A stretch of 64,000 bases of DNA. Source: Oopsacas minuta (taxonomy: Eukaryota > Animalia > Porifera). The translations under genes were made by a program, and so were the position numbers. Below are positions 28,301-41,644 of the stretch, piece by piece (position 1 is the first letter of the stretch; the number at the start of each line of letters is the position of its first letter). The stretch spans positions 372,001 through 436,000 of the forward strand of contig JAKMXF010000177.1 of the NCBI GenBank assembly GCA_024704765.1. Direction: 5' to 3'. The notes under the pieces were generated by a model. The model searched no databases. It worked only from the letters and a program-made list of their open reading frames with translations, and was not told the DNA's origin.

Positions 28301-31300
28301 AAATAGCGCCTTATGTACTCACAAGTATTCCAAAAAGTGGTTCATTAAGGGGCGGAACAATTCTTACTATTTCTGGAACAGGATTTTCCGATTATATAGA
28401 AAATATCAATATCACTGGCATAAATTGTGAACTGTTAGAATCAAATTTTACAACCATATTGTGTAGGACTTTAAAGAACTCTAAAAATAATGATGAAGAT
28501 ATATTATCGACTTTTTCCGTGTCCGTAAATGGTATCCTTTCACAAAGTATGTATAACTTTTCGTTCTTAGTTTCCTATACACCAATCATTTCTTCTCTCT
28601 CTGCTTTATCGGGAGATTTAACCTCAATACAAAACGGATCCGTGCTGAGAATAAACGGATCACTACTAACAGAATATAGTAGAATTAGAATATCTTCTCG
28701 AACTGATCCCTATGATCCCAACTGCTATATAGGTGGAGCAGAATGTCCTAAAGTTTCATTTGCTGACGGTGAATTGCGATGTACTGTGCCTCTGCTTCCT
28801 GGAGGTATGTATACTATTATTGTACATGTACCTGGATTAGGATACGCTTCAGAAGACGCCCTTTTGACTCCCAACTTCAACGTAACTCATTTAATAAGTT
28901 CTGTGAACCCTCCTACAGTAGGAACAGGTGGAGGAGTTTTATTGACCATTTCAGGAACTGGATTCATAACTATGGGTGTTTCTATTGCTCAATGTAATAA
29001 TAACAATGAATATATCACAACCTCAGATGAGAATCAAGTTTCAATTTGTTCTCATGATTGTGAAATTATAGACTCTACCGAATCAATTATTCGATGTATC
29101 GCCCCACCAAGTTTATTTGATTTTCTACACACTTGTAATATAACTGTTAATTCGAAATTGGCAACCTCGCATCTCAGCAATGCACTCGTATATAATCCGG
29201 ACATTAACCCAATAATAACCAACTTTTCACCCATAACTGGTGGCACTGCAGGTGGGACAGTTATTACTATTCATGGATCAGGGTTTCAAAACACTAGAGA
29301 TAGTTCCCAATTTGTCATTGTTGGCAGTTCTAACTGCACTATTTTGTCATGGAACAATTCAATTATAATGTGTATTACCAGTTCTCATGGTACTAATATT
29401 CAAGCAGAAGTTAATGTGTTTGTGACTGAAGTAGGATTTGCTATTCGTAGTAATCACACTTACTCCTACATTGATAGATGGAGTAGCAACTTCACTTGGG
29501 GAGGAGAGAGTCCTCCAAGAGAAGGGGAGACTGTATACATACCCAAACAATTTATCGTATTATTGGATATCAGTCCTCCCCCTCTCAATCTAATACTAAT
29601 TGAAGGTAAACTAATCTTTGAAGATAAACTTAAAATTTCACTACAAGCCAAATACATTGTTATTAACGGGGGTTACATGCAAATTGGAACTGAAGAAGAA
29701 CCGTTCTCACATGAAGCTATCATTACTTTATACGGGAATATCCTGGATCCTGAAATCCCGCTTTATGGAGCGAAAGTACTTGCAATTCGGCAAGGAGGGT
29801 TAGATATGCATGGGATTAGACGCAACCGAACATGGACTCGACTGAATGAGACGGCACATATATCTCAAGATTACTTAGAATTACAAGATTTAGTTGACTG
29901 GAAAATCGGTGACACAATCGTTATAGCACCAACTGGCAAAGATAGTAACGAGACAGAAGAGAGGTTGATTGCTAATGTCACTGGTAATGGCTATACCTTA
30001 ATATTGGATCAACCATTAGAATTCTCTCATCTTGGGATAAGAGAAACATACAGCGATGGTAGTTTTATTGATATCCGGGCAGAAGTTGGGCTGCTATCAC
30101 ACAATATAAAGATCCAAGGTTCTCGAATAACACAATCTGACCCTAGAAGTATTGAGTCCGATCTATATGGAGGACATTTTATGGTGTTTCGCCCGAAACC
30201 AGACCCAACTGATGTTAGGATATCTCATGTTGAGTTCAGATTTATGGGACAAGCCTTCAGATTAGGTCGATACGCAATTCATTTCCATTTGAGTGACAGA
30301 ATGAATGGAAGTTATGTTCGATTCTGCTCAATTCATCATACTTTCAACAGGGCAATTACTGCTCACGGTGTAGAAAACATGGTATTCGAAGGAGTGGTAG
30401 TATTTGACATTCAAGGTCATGCATTTTTCATTGAAGATGGTATTGAGATTGGTAATAGCTACATTAACAACTTGGGTATTCTGATCCGTGGTTCCTCCAG
30501 TCTCCTGAATACTGACAGTATTCCAGCAGTTTTCTGGATAACCAATCCTAACAATACCTTCGAAGGTAATTCAGCAGTAGGTTCTCGTGCCTATGGGTTT
30601 TGGTATGACTTAGATCCTCATCCTTCTGGGCCATCTCAGACTGATTCAGTCTGTCCTAATAGAGACCCATTCGGAGGATTCATGAATAATATTGCTCATT
30701 CTAATGCGGAATTTGGCCTGAGAATTTGGGAAACTTATGATCCTCATGTTGTTCCATGCAGCAGTGGATCTGCTCGAGAGACTGTTACTTTATATAACCT
30801 AACTTCGTATTCAAATGGAATTCATGGAGTAGAGTTCTCTGTAATTGGAAACATACAGGTAGATGGTTTCAAACTAGCAGATAACCGTGATAATGGAATC
30901 GAGATTACAGAAACTGTTGGGGATTGTTTCCATTCAGAGATCAAGAATACGATAATAATCTCCAGGACTAAAGGCAATTCTGGGACAGCACAAGTAGGTG
31001 GCATTCGGACTATTCGCAGAAATTATCTTCGACTCTCTAATGTTACTTTCATTAATTTCAATGAGGAAAATACTGTTTGTATGAGAGCTTGTTCTCATTG
31101 TAAAGAATTTCAAGGAGGATTTATCGTTGAGTTCCAGGGAATAACATTCATTGGAGGTTCTGAACACCGGAAAGCTGGTTTTCAATGGGAACACGAAGTA
31201 GTATATATTGATCTCGATGGAACCTTTACTGGAAGTACACCTGGAAGCTTTGTCATTCCAAATTCTGGAATACTCCCAACTGACTATTGTAACTTATCTA

Positions 31301-34300
31301 TTTCAGAATTCAGCATTAGTTCTTTAATTCCAGGAGCTTTATGTTCTCCTGATGTTCGAATGCTAAGACTGGCCTTTAATCAGGTTGAGCCAGAAAAAAC
31401 TTTCCAAGGAATTGATGCATCTCTTAATAATTCGTTTGGCGTTACATTAATCCCATGGCGGACGAAAAGATTGACTCATGGTAACGGTTATATGGCACTA
31501 ATTCCTTCAAACTATAACTATACATTAAAATTCACACTAGGGGATGATACAAACACTGATGTTACATCGTATTCAGCGTCCATATACCACATGATACCTG
31601 GTGACTATATTAGGATATCCGCACACTACTTCATACAACCAAACCATTGGAACATGCGTGACGAGACCAACAATGTAAATAACCGAAATGCCACCATAAG
31701 TAATTCTATACCAAACTTAAATGATAATCATCTGGATTGGCATTTTGATAATTCCACGAACATATTGACATATTTGTTGAAAGGAGAAGCTGACACTCAA
31801 TATTGTTCTGGCAGATCATTCAGTTTGACTTCTGAACCATGTCCGGTAGATGAAGAAAATGAACCTCATTGTGAAATAGAAAACCCATTGGATGGAGATT
31901 ATGAAACAAACACTCGAGTTTGGAGTAATCCAGAAGATTGGCCTTTGAATCTAGTACCCCAAGCAGGAGAGGACGTTATTATTGAAAGTACTTGGCGAAT
32001 GCATCTTGATTATACACCGCCAGATTTAGGGACTGTTTACGTTTATGGAGAATTAACCTTTGATGACAATCAAGATGTGAATTTCACTGCTAATATTATT
32101 TTAATACAAGGTCCAAATGCCCATTTAATCATAGGCACTGCACAGTCTCATTTTACTCATAAAGCAATAATAACGTTAACTGGTAATAGGTACTCTGAAG
32201 AGGTTGTGTTGTCCAGAACCATGAATCTTGGCTCAAAAGCTCTAGGGATATTTGGAAATGCCTCGTTATATGGTATTCCTCATGAATACACATGGTTAAA
32301 ACTAAATGAAACAGCAGAACCTGAGTCTACAGAAATCCACCTAAACAGAATGCCATTGGATTGGAATGTTGGTGATATGATTGTCATCGCTGCTACTGGA
32401 TATAACGCTGATAACACAGAAACTGCTACTATCGCATCAATCTGGAATAATACAATCACTCTAGTCAATCCACTAAAAAATGAACATCTCGTACAGACAC
32501 TTCTATCAATTGAGGCTCGAAATGATCCGAACAATGTTTATTGGCAATACCCTCAGGTACTAGCAGCAGAAGTAGCGCTACTTTCTAGGAATATAATAAT
32601 CCAAGGAGGGGAGGATGCTGAAGAATCTTTAAACAAGTATCATTTCGGGTGTAGAATATTCACTGGGCAATTTTCAACATCAACAGAAATATATACAGGA
32701 CACTTCGAATTAGACAGTATTGAGATTAGAAATTGTGGACAAGGAGGATTTTTCTCCACACGTGATCCAAGATACTCAATTGCTGTTAAAAATGGATTAA
32801 ATGATATGAGGAATAGTTTTATCACGAAATCTACAATTCATCACGGATACAATACTGGAATTGGAATTCACGTAACTAATGGAATTACAATTCAGAACAA
32901 TGTCATACATCGCACGGTAGATTCTGGTATTCGAGTGGGAGGTCGTTCTAACGTGATTGAGGATAATCTCGTTATCTTGGTATCCTCTGTATTGCCAGAT
33001 AATCCCAAAGATAAGCATGCTGTTGATTTTCCTGCCAGCTTTGAGATTCAAGGTTTCCATTACGTCAGGAGAAATATTGCTGCGGGTTCATATCGACTTG
33101 GATTCCGATTATCCGGAGAGTCTTGCCTCAACACAGGTACACCTATGATCGAACATAACCTCGCTCACACAACTTGGACAGGGATGCTAATTACAGGTAT
33201 ATCAGAGAATTGCACTACCGTGAATACTTTTACATCTATTTGGGCCTGGAACTATGGGATATTTTCTCAAACTATATCTTCCCTATCTGTGTCAGGAATT
33301 GTAATAGCAGTTGGGAAAATTGGTTTGAATTTAAATACACTTGGACCTGATCCTATCGAACATTTACTCGGTAATAAGTACATCAGTATTAGTGATTCGC
33401 TCATCATAGGGTCGTTGCCTAATGAAAAGTGTATCTATTCCATTCCAGATTATTTTCCTGCTAATTCCTTTGATTCTCAAGGAGCAAAGAGTGGAATCAT
33501 GATGTCCTATATGAATAAGAGTCCATTCAAGATATTTAAACAATGGCACAAAGCGAATCACTACCCTGTCATTGATGGAGATTGTCTTGTTTCCAACGTG
33601 ACTTTCGCAAATTTTCAAAATCGAGATTGTACTTTCTCGGACTTTGCAATAACCAACAACCCAGTTTCCCCCGACGCTGTTACTCCTATTACCATTCAGA
33701 GATCGAATATTATTCATGTTGATGACAATTTGCTCATGCATTTCTATCCTCCCAATATAGCATGGATTGTACAAGAGGATTGTGTAGATATGGACTGTGA
33801 TGGGCCCAAACATGCATTAGTTAGAGACATTGATGGAACCTTTACGAGCAACAATGATATACCCACTTCCTTGATACCTTTTGCAGAGATTCGCTTTGAT
33901 GAAACTAAGATTCCCCGTACTTGGAGGTATGACCCAATTAATGACCAACTTTTACCACCTTCCAATCTAGCACCTTTGGGTTTAAGAGGTATTGCGAGAG
34001 GTTTTAACCTAACTGATATAGATATTGACCCTATAGATCGAGGCTGTCAATATGTGACTAAATGGAATGGTTACAAATGTAATAATATGGATCATTATGT
34101 GTTAGTTATCGAAAGTATGGACGCGGATACAGAAATTAGGCGCCTATCTCCCATTGCATTAAATGGTGGTGATATTGGAAATGGAAAGTACACAGATCTA
34201 ATTAACGGTCCAATGGATCATGGTTGGTGCACTTCCTACACTTGTCTCAAACGACTATCAACATTTTTCACTATTGTATCTTCTGGTACTAACTACACGA

Positions 34301-36447
34301 TTTGGTTAACTTCAACCGCTCCGTCACACATCCGCTTCCATCTTTTGAATTCAGATGGCGTTTCATCAAATTCAGATACAGGTAGTGTTATCATAAACAT
34401 TTGGTATAAAGATACCCGACGTAAAGATGCATACCTCAATGGAGAGTTCGTGAGACCGTTAAATCAAGGAGAAGATGACCATCGTACTATTGGAGATCAA
34501 TACATTCCAAATCACTCTCAACCTAGTGGGTCAAATTATTATAATTATGAAGATCAAATAATGCACATACTGGTTAAAGGGAGCACTCCTGTATCAATAA
34601 AAACAGCAGATGTAATTCAATTATCATTCTCTCTCTCTGTGACTCTTGAACAGTTCTTTGATGCTACACAGTTTTTAAAAAACTTAGTTAGTGTACTAAA
34701 CATAGATGAAAACAAAATCCGAACTGTAAATGTTATTTCAGAAAGTAGGAGAAGAAAGAGACTATCCGATGGTGACACAATTGTGAAGATAGAAATCGGA
34801 GAGCCCCCCGTATTGAGCATAGAGGTCCCTCAAACGCCTTCTAGCCAAGAACAATTCGAAAACACCAAAGGAAATGGATTCAATTTAATAGATGATGGCG
34901 CTAATGACACAGTTACAGAACCATCAACAGAACAGCCCCCTACTCTAGCTCCTATACCTACTACGAATATTGATGATGATGATGCCACTGTACCTAGCGC
35001 AAGAGAGTTTTTAGAAGATTACGAAAATGAAGTAGAAAGCTATCAAGAACATCTCATGAGTTTTGAGGAAGATTTGGCGAAATATAATGAAATCAATGAT
35101 ATTGTAAATACACTCGTTACACTTATTCAAACGAATAATCTCACTATTGAAAACGCTACTCTATCCGGATTAGAAATTCAATTACCCAGTCCTCCTATTC
35201 CACCCCCTCCACCTATCATCCCACCCTCGTATGCTGATATCGAAACAGAGAATAATGAGACACTAATAACTCCAGTACCTGAAGTTCCAACCGAGATGCC
35301 ATTGATCCCTACTTGTAATTTCACACAAAACCCTGACTGTAATTCAGGTATTCGGATACTAATTCCGACAGAACTGGTAATTATAACACAGCCAGCTGAG
35401 GTCACTGGTCACTTGCTCAATGTTATTTTGGTGGTACGAGACAATGAAGGTACTGTGATTACTCAGTTAGGTTTGGCTGAGCCATGGAGTTGTATTGCAA
35501 CTCTAGTTTATACAAATGATAATTCTGATGAAGAAAGCTCAGCACCGATTATATCAGGGCAAGTAGAAGTTGATTTCGAAAATGGAATAGCAGAATTTAC
35601 TCGTTTGAGGGTGAGTAGGCCCGCTGAACATCTATATGTTTACTTCACTACGGATCCTGGAAACTTAATTAGTGATCACTCTATTGAGTTTGAAGTAATA
35701 TCGCCACCTTCTTCCTGGCCTAGAATTCACTTCTATTTCAAATTACAAGGTGATTACGATCTGATAGCTTCTGATCTCACTTTTCGAGAATTACTCATTT
35801 CAGAACTGAGCATAGTCATGGATGTAGATCTGTCTAGAATTCAGGGCTTTACTCTTTCCAGTGGCTCTATTTTAGTTGAGGCCGATTTATTGGAGCCTTT
35901 TGATTCTGATCCCTCTGATGTCCCTACAGCTATTCAAGCACTCAATCAATTAAGAAATGAGATAAATATGGATTCGTTTTCATTTTCTCATAATAGCCTA
36001 TTATACACAGTAGAACCTTCTTCATTCGGTTCAGGACCTGGCAGCACTGTTACTCCCCCCACATTGAACTACATGGTTATAATATCAATATTTATCGGCT
36101 TAATATCTATAATCCTATTGATAATACTTATCGTGATAATTGGGATCGGAGTAAGAATTTTATTTGTTACTAGAAAGAGATACAAGCTAAGAGCTTCAAG
36201 AGAGGGTGTTCTCACGGATATCTATTCCCATGAAAGCAAGAACGTGGACAATGCTGAATATCAATTAGCTGAATCGATTAAAGAGGAGGGATTGGTGATG
36301 ATGAATCCTATCTATAATTTCGATTCTCTACCTCAGGTAAATACCCCAGCAACTGAGGAGAAGTTTGAGTTTTTTGCTGCCCGCAGCCTTGATCAGGAGT
36401 TCTGTTTACCAGGTACTCCACTTCCTCCTGATACAGACATGGATTAA
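16355..36447 (+). CDS. PKHD1L1: Fibrocystin-L/PKHD1L1-like giant type I membrane protein (~5,000 aa; IPT/TIG repeats, PA14, 2 kringles, LamG-like, 2 G8, beta-helix, TM)
   Basis: Exons ~16355/16425-16798, 16867-17013, 18540-18726, 19420-19632 and 22280-36447, joined by GT-AG introns whose phases (0,0,1,1) all match. TIG starts (PxxGSxxGG), PA14 (LEAFFTP..GYYSFIISGDD), G8 motifs RWSSNFTWGG and VWSNPEDW, RRRKR site, TM near 36070-36170. The 5' end and signal-peptide exon are uncertain; the symbol denotes family likeness. Confidence 0.9.
17605..17872. repeat. Fold-back (MITE-like) inverted repeat in a fibrocystin-L intron
   Basis: Outer arms CTTTATAGATATGGCCAAATCGTCATGCA vs revcomp CTTTAGAGATATGGTCAAATCGTCTTGCA, plus a second inner pair of about 45 bp. 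Confidence 0.7.
21208..21393. mobile_element. pogo/Tigger-like MITE
   Basis: TA|CAGTTGAGCCTC ... GAGACTCCACTG|TA; 186 bp; intronic. Confidence 0.6.
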
Positions 36448-36655
36448 TTATCATTGAACTATATTACCAGTTTAATTAGTGCATTTACTCCTAAACTATC
36501 TTATCCAGAGCATGCTAACATTGTACTTTAGGTTTCATGTTATTTCCCTTTGTTTTTTCAAACATTTAGTCTCATAAACAAGTGTATTACATTGATTATA
36601 TTGATACCGACTGGCAGGTTGGGTATTGCAATTGAAGATTTGATTATCATAATTA

Positions 36656-37221
36656 CTAGCCTTTGGCTCGTCGCTTTGCGATGAACTCGCCGCATTGCGC
36701 CTCCAGGTATCCATTATTCTCCAAATTGACGGCTCCTTTGAGTATTATAATATATATATATATATAACAATGTAATTCACAAATATACGTATATGGCATA
36801 TATGCTATTGAATTATTTTGCTAATTTGTTTACTTTATATTCATATAAAAACAACAATAAATTTACATATCAACGGACAAACAAACAAACAAACAAACAA
36901 TGCCATATTCAGACTCAGCATACTGGATTACCCCAGTATAACCATTGAAAGCATGTTTCTGCCACAAATTTGAAATTTGTTTACTTTATATTCATAAAAA
37001 CAACAATAGATTTACATATGATTAATCCAAAAGTGTGAAATCGCATTCGGCATGTTCGATATATTTAGTGAAGTCTTATTGGATTCTATTTACTTGTAAA
37101 CACGATAAATACATAGTTATGGACAATTTTTAAATTACATACCGCAAATTATTTCCTTGACTACAGGCAAACAAACAAACAAACAAACAGACAGACAACA
37201 ATTGAGATTTAATAATATAGA
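36656..37221 (-). mobile_element. Non-autonomous Helitron-like element
   Basis: Minus strand begins A|TCTATATTATTAAATC, contains (TGTT)n microsatellites, and ends in a GC-rich hairpin (GGCGAGTTCATCGCAAAGCGACGAGCC) followed by CTAG|T. Inserted between A and T with no TSD. Confidence 0.75.
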
Positions 37222-38145
37222 TATACTGCATTACCTCTAATAATAGCCAGCTGATTATAAATCCCAAGCCTCCCCCTATAGCCAATCAACCCATGGGGGG
37301 ATAATTCGAAGTATTACGGTATTTGAAATATTTCTTAGTACTCCTAGTAAGTGATAACCTATATACATGAATCTCTGTTGTCGTTTGGCCGTACCTTGTC
37401 AAGAAAAGTTTATGGTACAGTACTACTGCTATTTTGAATTAGAATTTCGCATTTCAGAGATGTATAATAAGTATTTATCCTGTTTATCAATAAAGTGAAT
37501 ATAGTTTACATAGACCCAACGTATTACTCTCCATATGCTGGTCATCACACCGTTTTACGGTTTATTGAAATATAGGCATGAGTAATTAGAATAGTTTTAT
37601 GAATAATATGGCCATAACATTGAGCGGATAATTCGAATAATTCGAATTTATATAATTTCGTAATACAAGCTATTGCTATAATTGGTGGTCAAGCCAGAAT
37701 TAGGCTCGTCACTCAGGATGTATGATTATTTATACAATAACACTTGACTCATTATTTAATCTATCCTGTATCCAATATTCACATTTTGCGCAATTAATCA
37801 TATTTCAATTTATTGTCGTTTGTGAGTACAAATAAGGTGACGATTTTTGCCAAATCTCAATACACATAGAGACATATTGATATGCTCTCGATTCAAGGCA
37901 AGGGTTAAAAGGGTAACCAAGTATGCATGCTGACTCCGGATTTCACAAGATAAAGTTTGTAAAAGAAATTTATCAGTTTTATTTTATGATATAACGAATG
38001 AATATGAAGGCTACATTATAGTCCGGAATGGGTCTATTTTAATAATAATGTAAAGTTCAAAGTGCAAGCAACGAGACTAAGCCTTGTTGATAGATTTAGT
38101 ACTGTTATATCTGTTATGTAATTTAGAAACATATTATTTGTGATA

Positions 38146-38230
38146 CAGTATAACTTGGCTAAGACGTGCCCTCGGGGAACCAAAAATAGCACGGATTAAC
38201 CGAAAGTAAGTCTTAAGCCGAGTTCTACTA
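38146..38230. mobile_element. Short pogo-like MITE (family end GTCTTATCCGAGTTCTACTG|TA)
   Basis: TA|CAGTATAACTTGGCTAAGAC vs revcomp TAGTAGAACTCGGCTTAAGAC; the same end motif recurs near 16170, 41500 and 41640. Confidence 0.55.
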
Positions 38231-38453
38231 TGTTCATGATAAGGCCACAAGAGTGTATAGAAAACTGTGTAATATATTGCAAAACATTCCCAGATACTAG
38301 TACAATTATTAGTTAATAAATTACGTATGATACTATTATAAATATTTAATTACATTTAAAAGAATTTACCCCTCCTGCCCCTGGCATAGTAATACATATT
38401 TCTACAAAATAAAACATGTAGGATTAATATCACCTTTTAAGAATATTATAGAA

Positions 38454-38909
38454 TTAAGAATAATTATCTTGATATGATTTCAATAGTTTAATTTCACTCT
38501 CCAAAGATGCTTTAATTGTTTTCAAATAATTCTTTTTAGATATTAGTAGAGAATTCCTCTTGATAAGTTTCATGCGACTCTTCCTTGAATACAAGCGAGA
38601 TTTGTACTTTCTTCTAGCTAATTTAATCAATTTCAACTCGTGTAATAAATTCAATTTCGAAACTTTGTTAATCAATTCCTTATGAGTCATTTCTCTAAGT
38701 TGACTCTCTGAAAAGTATCGAACGAATTCAGGTAGATTCTCAGTCTCACTCGGATAAGATTCAAGTTGCATGTTAAGTTTATAATTATAGAATTTAATTG
38801 GATATTTTTTAAGTTCTTCTATATATTTAAAACTATACTCTAGGGACGTCTCATTCTCATGAATAAAATTTCCCCTACAATTGAACCAATAAAAATATAA
38901 ATTATCCAC
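38454..38909 (-). CDS. Divergent small-Maf-like bZIP transcription factor
   Basis: FSESQLREMTHKELINKV resembles the Maf extended homology region (FSDDELVSMSVRELN); followed by basic region RRKYKSRLYSRKSR and heptad leucines. First in-frame ATG is at 38771; 38909 is a GTG, so an upstream exon is possible. Confidence 0.7.
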   Translation of the reverse strand: MDNLYFYWFNCRGNFIHENETSLEYSFKYIEELKKYPIKFYNYKLNMQLESYPSETENLPEFVRYFSESQLREMTHKELINKVSKLNLLHELKLIKLARRKYKSRLYSRKSRMKLIKRNSLLISKKNYLKTIKASLESEIKLLKSYQDNYS

Positions 38910-41644
38910 TCCTATATTATGAAGGTAAACATGTGTGAATTACTTTATATTTATCAAACTAAGAATAGAATTGTAGTTTAGTATAATACAGTGAACTTTC
39001 CTTATAACGAAGTGCTCGAGGCCCCGTGTCATTTCGTTATCGGGAGTCAAGGATCAGTTCGTTATAACTGTACAGTGTTTCCTATTTTATTTGTTATTAC
39101 AATAAACTCTTGTTATTTTCAAGTCAGATATAACGAAACTCATAGAAAAGTAATAATTTGCATATCAAACAAATTTATCCCTTCTGTAAATTATGCCATA
39201 TAAATGCTATAATTAGTTTGATATCTAAGATTCAGGAATATTACCCTCTGTTCTAAAGATATTACGACATTATTAATTAATCGTACGGAAATACCGCAAA
39301 ATATGCTAAACTTGATTTCATAACTCACTCATTTGACATGCAATCATATAATCAAAAGTGATGTAATTAGGAATAGCACAGTTTGCTTAGGGAAATACAA
39401 TTCCTCAATTAGTTGCAATTCAATCCAATATAGTGATTATTCTGGTTCAAGTAACTCAAGATAGGAGGACATTTTATTGTTTGAGCTAATTTTCTATGCT
39501 CAGCCTCAGTCCGATACCATCAATTCACACCATAAAATTTTCAGTTTATGTCATGGTTCTTTGCAACTTCATGTTCGGTCGAATTTTGTCGGTTTTTCAT
39601 TCCAAGCATAATTATAGAGAATTTAATTAAGTACAACCAGCGTAACATAATATGTTCACTATAACAAATACAATTAAAATAATTAAGAATGATTAATGGA
39701 TCTTGCAATCACAGATAAATCTACTGTCTCAATGTTTCAGTACTTAAACACATTATTAATGAATATTGTATTAATATCTCCTACTCAAAAAATGTAGTGT
39801 ATTTATATTACAGTTTATTAGAGTTAAATCAGTACTGCTTACACATAATTAGATCATGCAAAGAAAGTGTAATCATAGCAATAGCAATGGTGTAAGCAAT
39901 TTATTTGGTTCAAGAAGATTGTGTCAGGATATTATTCATCCTAAATTATCATTTTACTACGAAATAATCTGAAGAAATGTATTACAAATATGTGCAAGTT
40001 TCTGATTTGGAATTTATGTTCAAAATCTCCATATAAACGATATGACAAATAATTATTAGACTTCGTTGAGGTTCACCAGGGATATTAGGCATACTTAAGT
40101 AAAGTCATTTTGCACAAAACCTGTCCTAACCATTCGAATGACCCCTCTTTTGACTCGACTCAGTCATCTAAGTGCAGCTACTAGCTAAAACCCATTTATA
40201 TTGTCTTTGAATAGTTTTTTGTAAAGGGTGTTTCATCCGAACATACGAACATAGAAAAGTTGGTCAAGAATAATGCCAATAAAAACAAAAGCTGCTATTC
40301 CTACATGTCTCCTACATATTTTCCAACTCTGGGGATATCTTGCCAAAAATCAACATTAATATTAGTCCTTAAGAGTTAATATATTTTGTCAACATTTGAG
40401 CTATGGCTCATAAACTAATACAACAATAATACACTTCTTATGTCTAGCATTAGCTAATTACGAAAGTAGCAAAAGTGATAGTTTTGTGTTCCCGACGAAG
40501 TAAAGGAATAAGCTAAATATTTCTCAATGTGAAGATTTGAGATTACTGCCCACCAGAGCATTAAGCGCTCCTCATTTATGGGAGCGCACTCTCGCTCCTG
40601 TTCCTGAAAAATGGAGCACCCCATTCTTTTGTATTACGAACGGTGAAAAAGCTTGACACAGGGAGGAGAGGGGTCAAAATTTAGGGAATATTGCGTTACG
40701 TGCGTTTGAAGGGCCCCCAAGGCGAGAACTTAAATCTACCATCCATGATAAATTACTAATAGAGTGGAACCTGTATAATCCGGAAGGCCTCTATAATCCT
40801 ACAGTGTTTCTGATCTGAAATAGCTTCCGACAATTCACCTGTATAATCCGACAATTTGCTAAACCGATTTTCATGCCCCAACAAGTGTTGGTATGCAGGT
40901 TCTACTGTATTATACATTCAGGCAATTTCTGAAAAAAGAGTGTAAAATGATACAATTACGTGTGATTTACAGCCATCAGCGCCGAAAATCGATTTTTGTC
41001 AGGGATAGTGTACCTGATGACTAGGATTTGCATACCCTAGCCCTCCCTGGATACCATCTATACATCCTTCCTGACACCTAGGAGTATACTAAGGTATATC
41101 ATACCTGACTAAGAGTGGTATACCCACCCACTTTCGGCGCCTAAGTTTACAACTGTACTCCGATCTTTTCTAATAGCTAGAAAAAAAAGGTTTAAGATTG
41201 TTTAATTAGCGAGCGAAGACATAAACGGGGGCGTCTCAAGAGACCATGTTCGCGGAATTTTGAAGTCATGACGTAAGTGTTACATATACATTCGTGGCCC
41301 AACCAGATTCTTGCATACGTAATATGTTGTCTACAATATCATATTCGGAATCAGCATACTCGATTACTCCAGTACAATGTTATTATGTTCTGTTACTAGT
41401 GAATATTTGGTTTTGAACTTTGAGTACAAATTAGCAGAATCATTTATAATAGATTAGATAGGATAAAATTTCGGGTATTTGAGACAAGTACGTCTTAACC
41501 AAGTTCTACTGTACTATTTATTAAATCCCAAAAATAATTTATCATTCATTGAAATACAATACCTACTAGAAAAGACGTACACTCGGTTAGTACTTAGTAC
41601 GTACTAATTTTGGTTTCCCGAGGGGTATGTCTTATCCCAGTTCT

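Noticed and set aside
25616-35405. Many 60-150 aa antisense or alternate-frame ORFs within the fibrocystin exon
   Set aside because: Expected shadows of a long coding sequence; none shows an independent motif.
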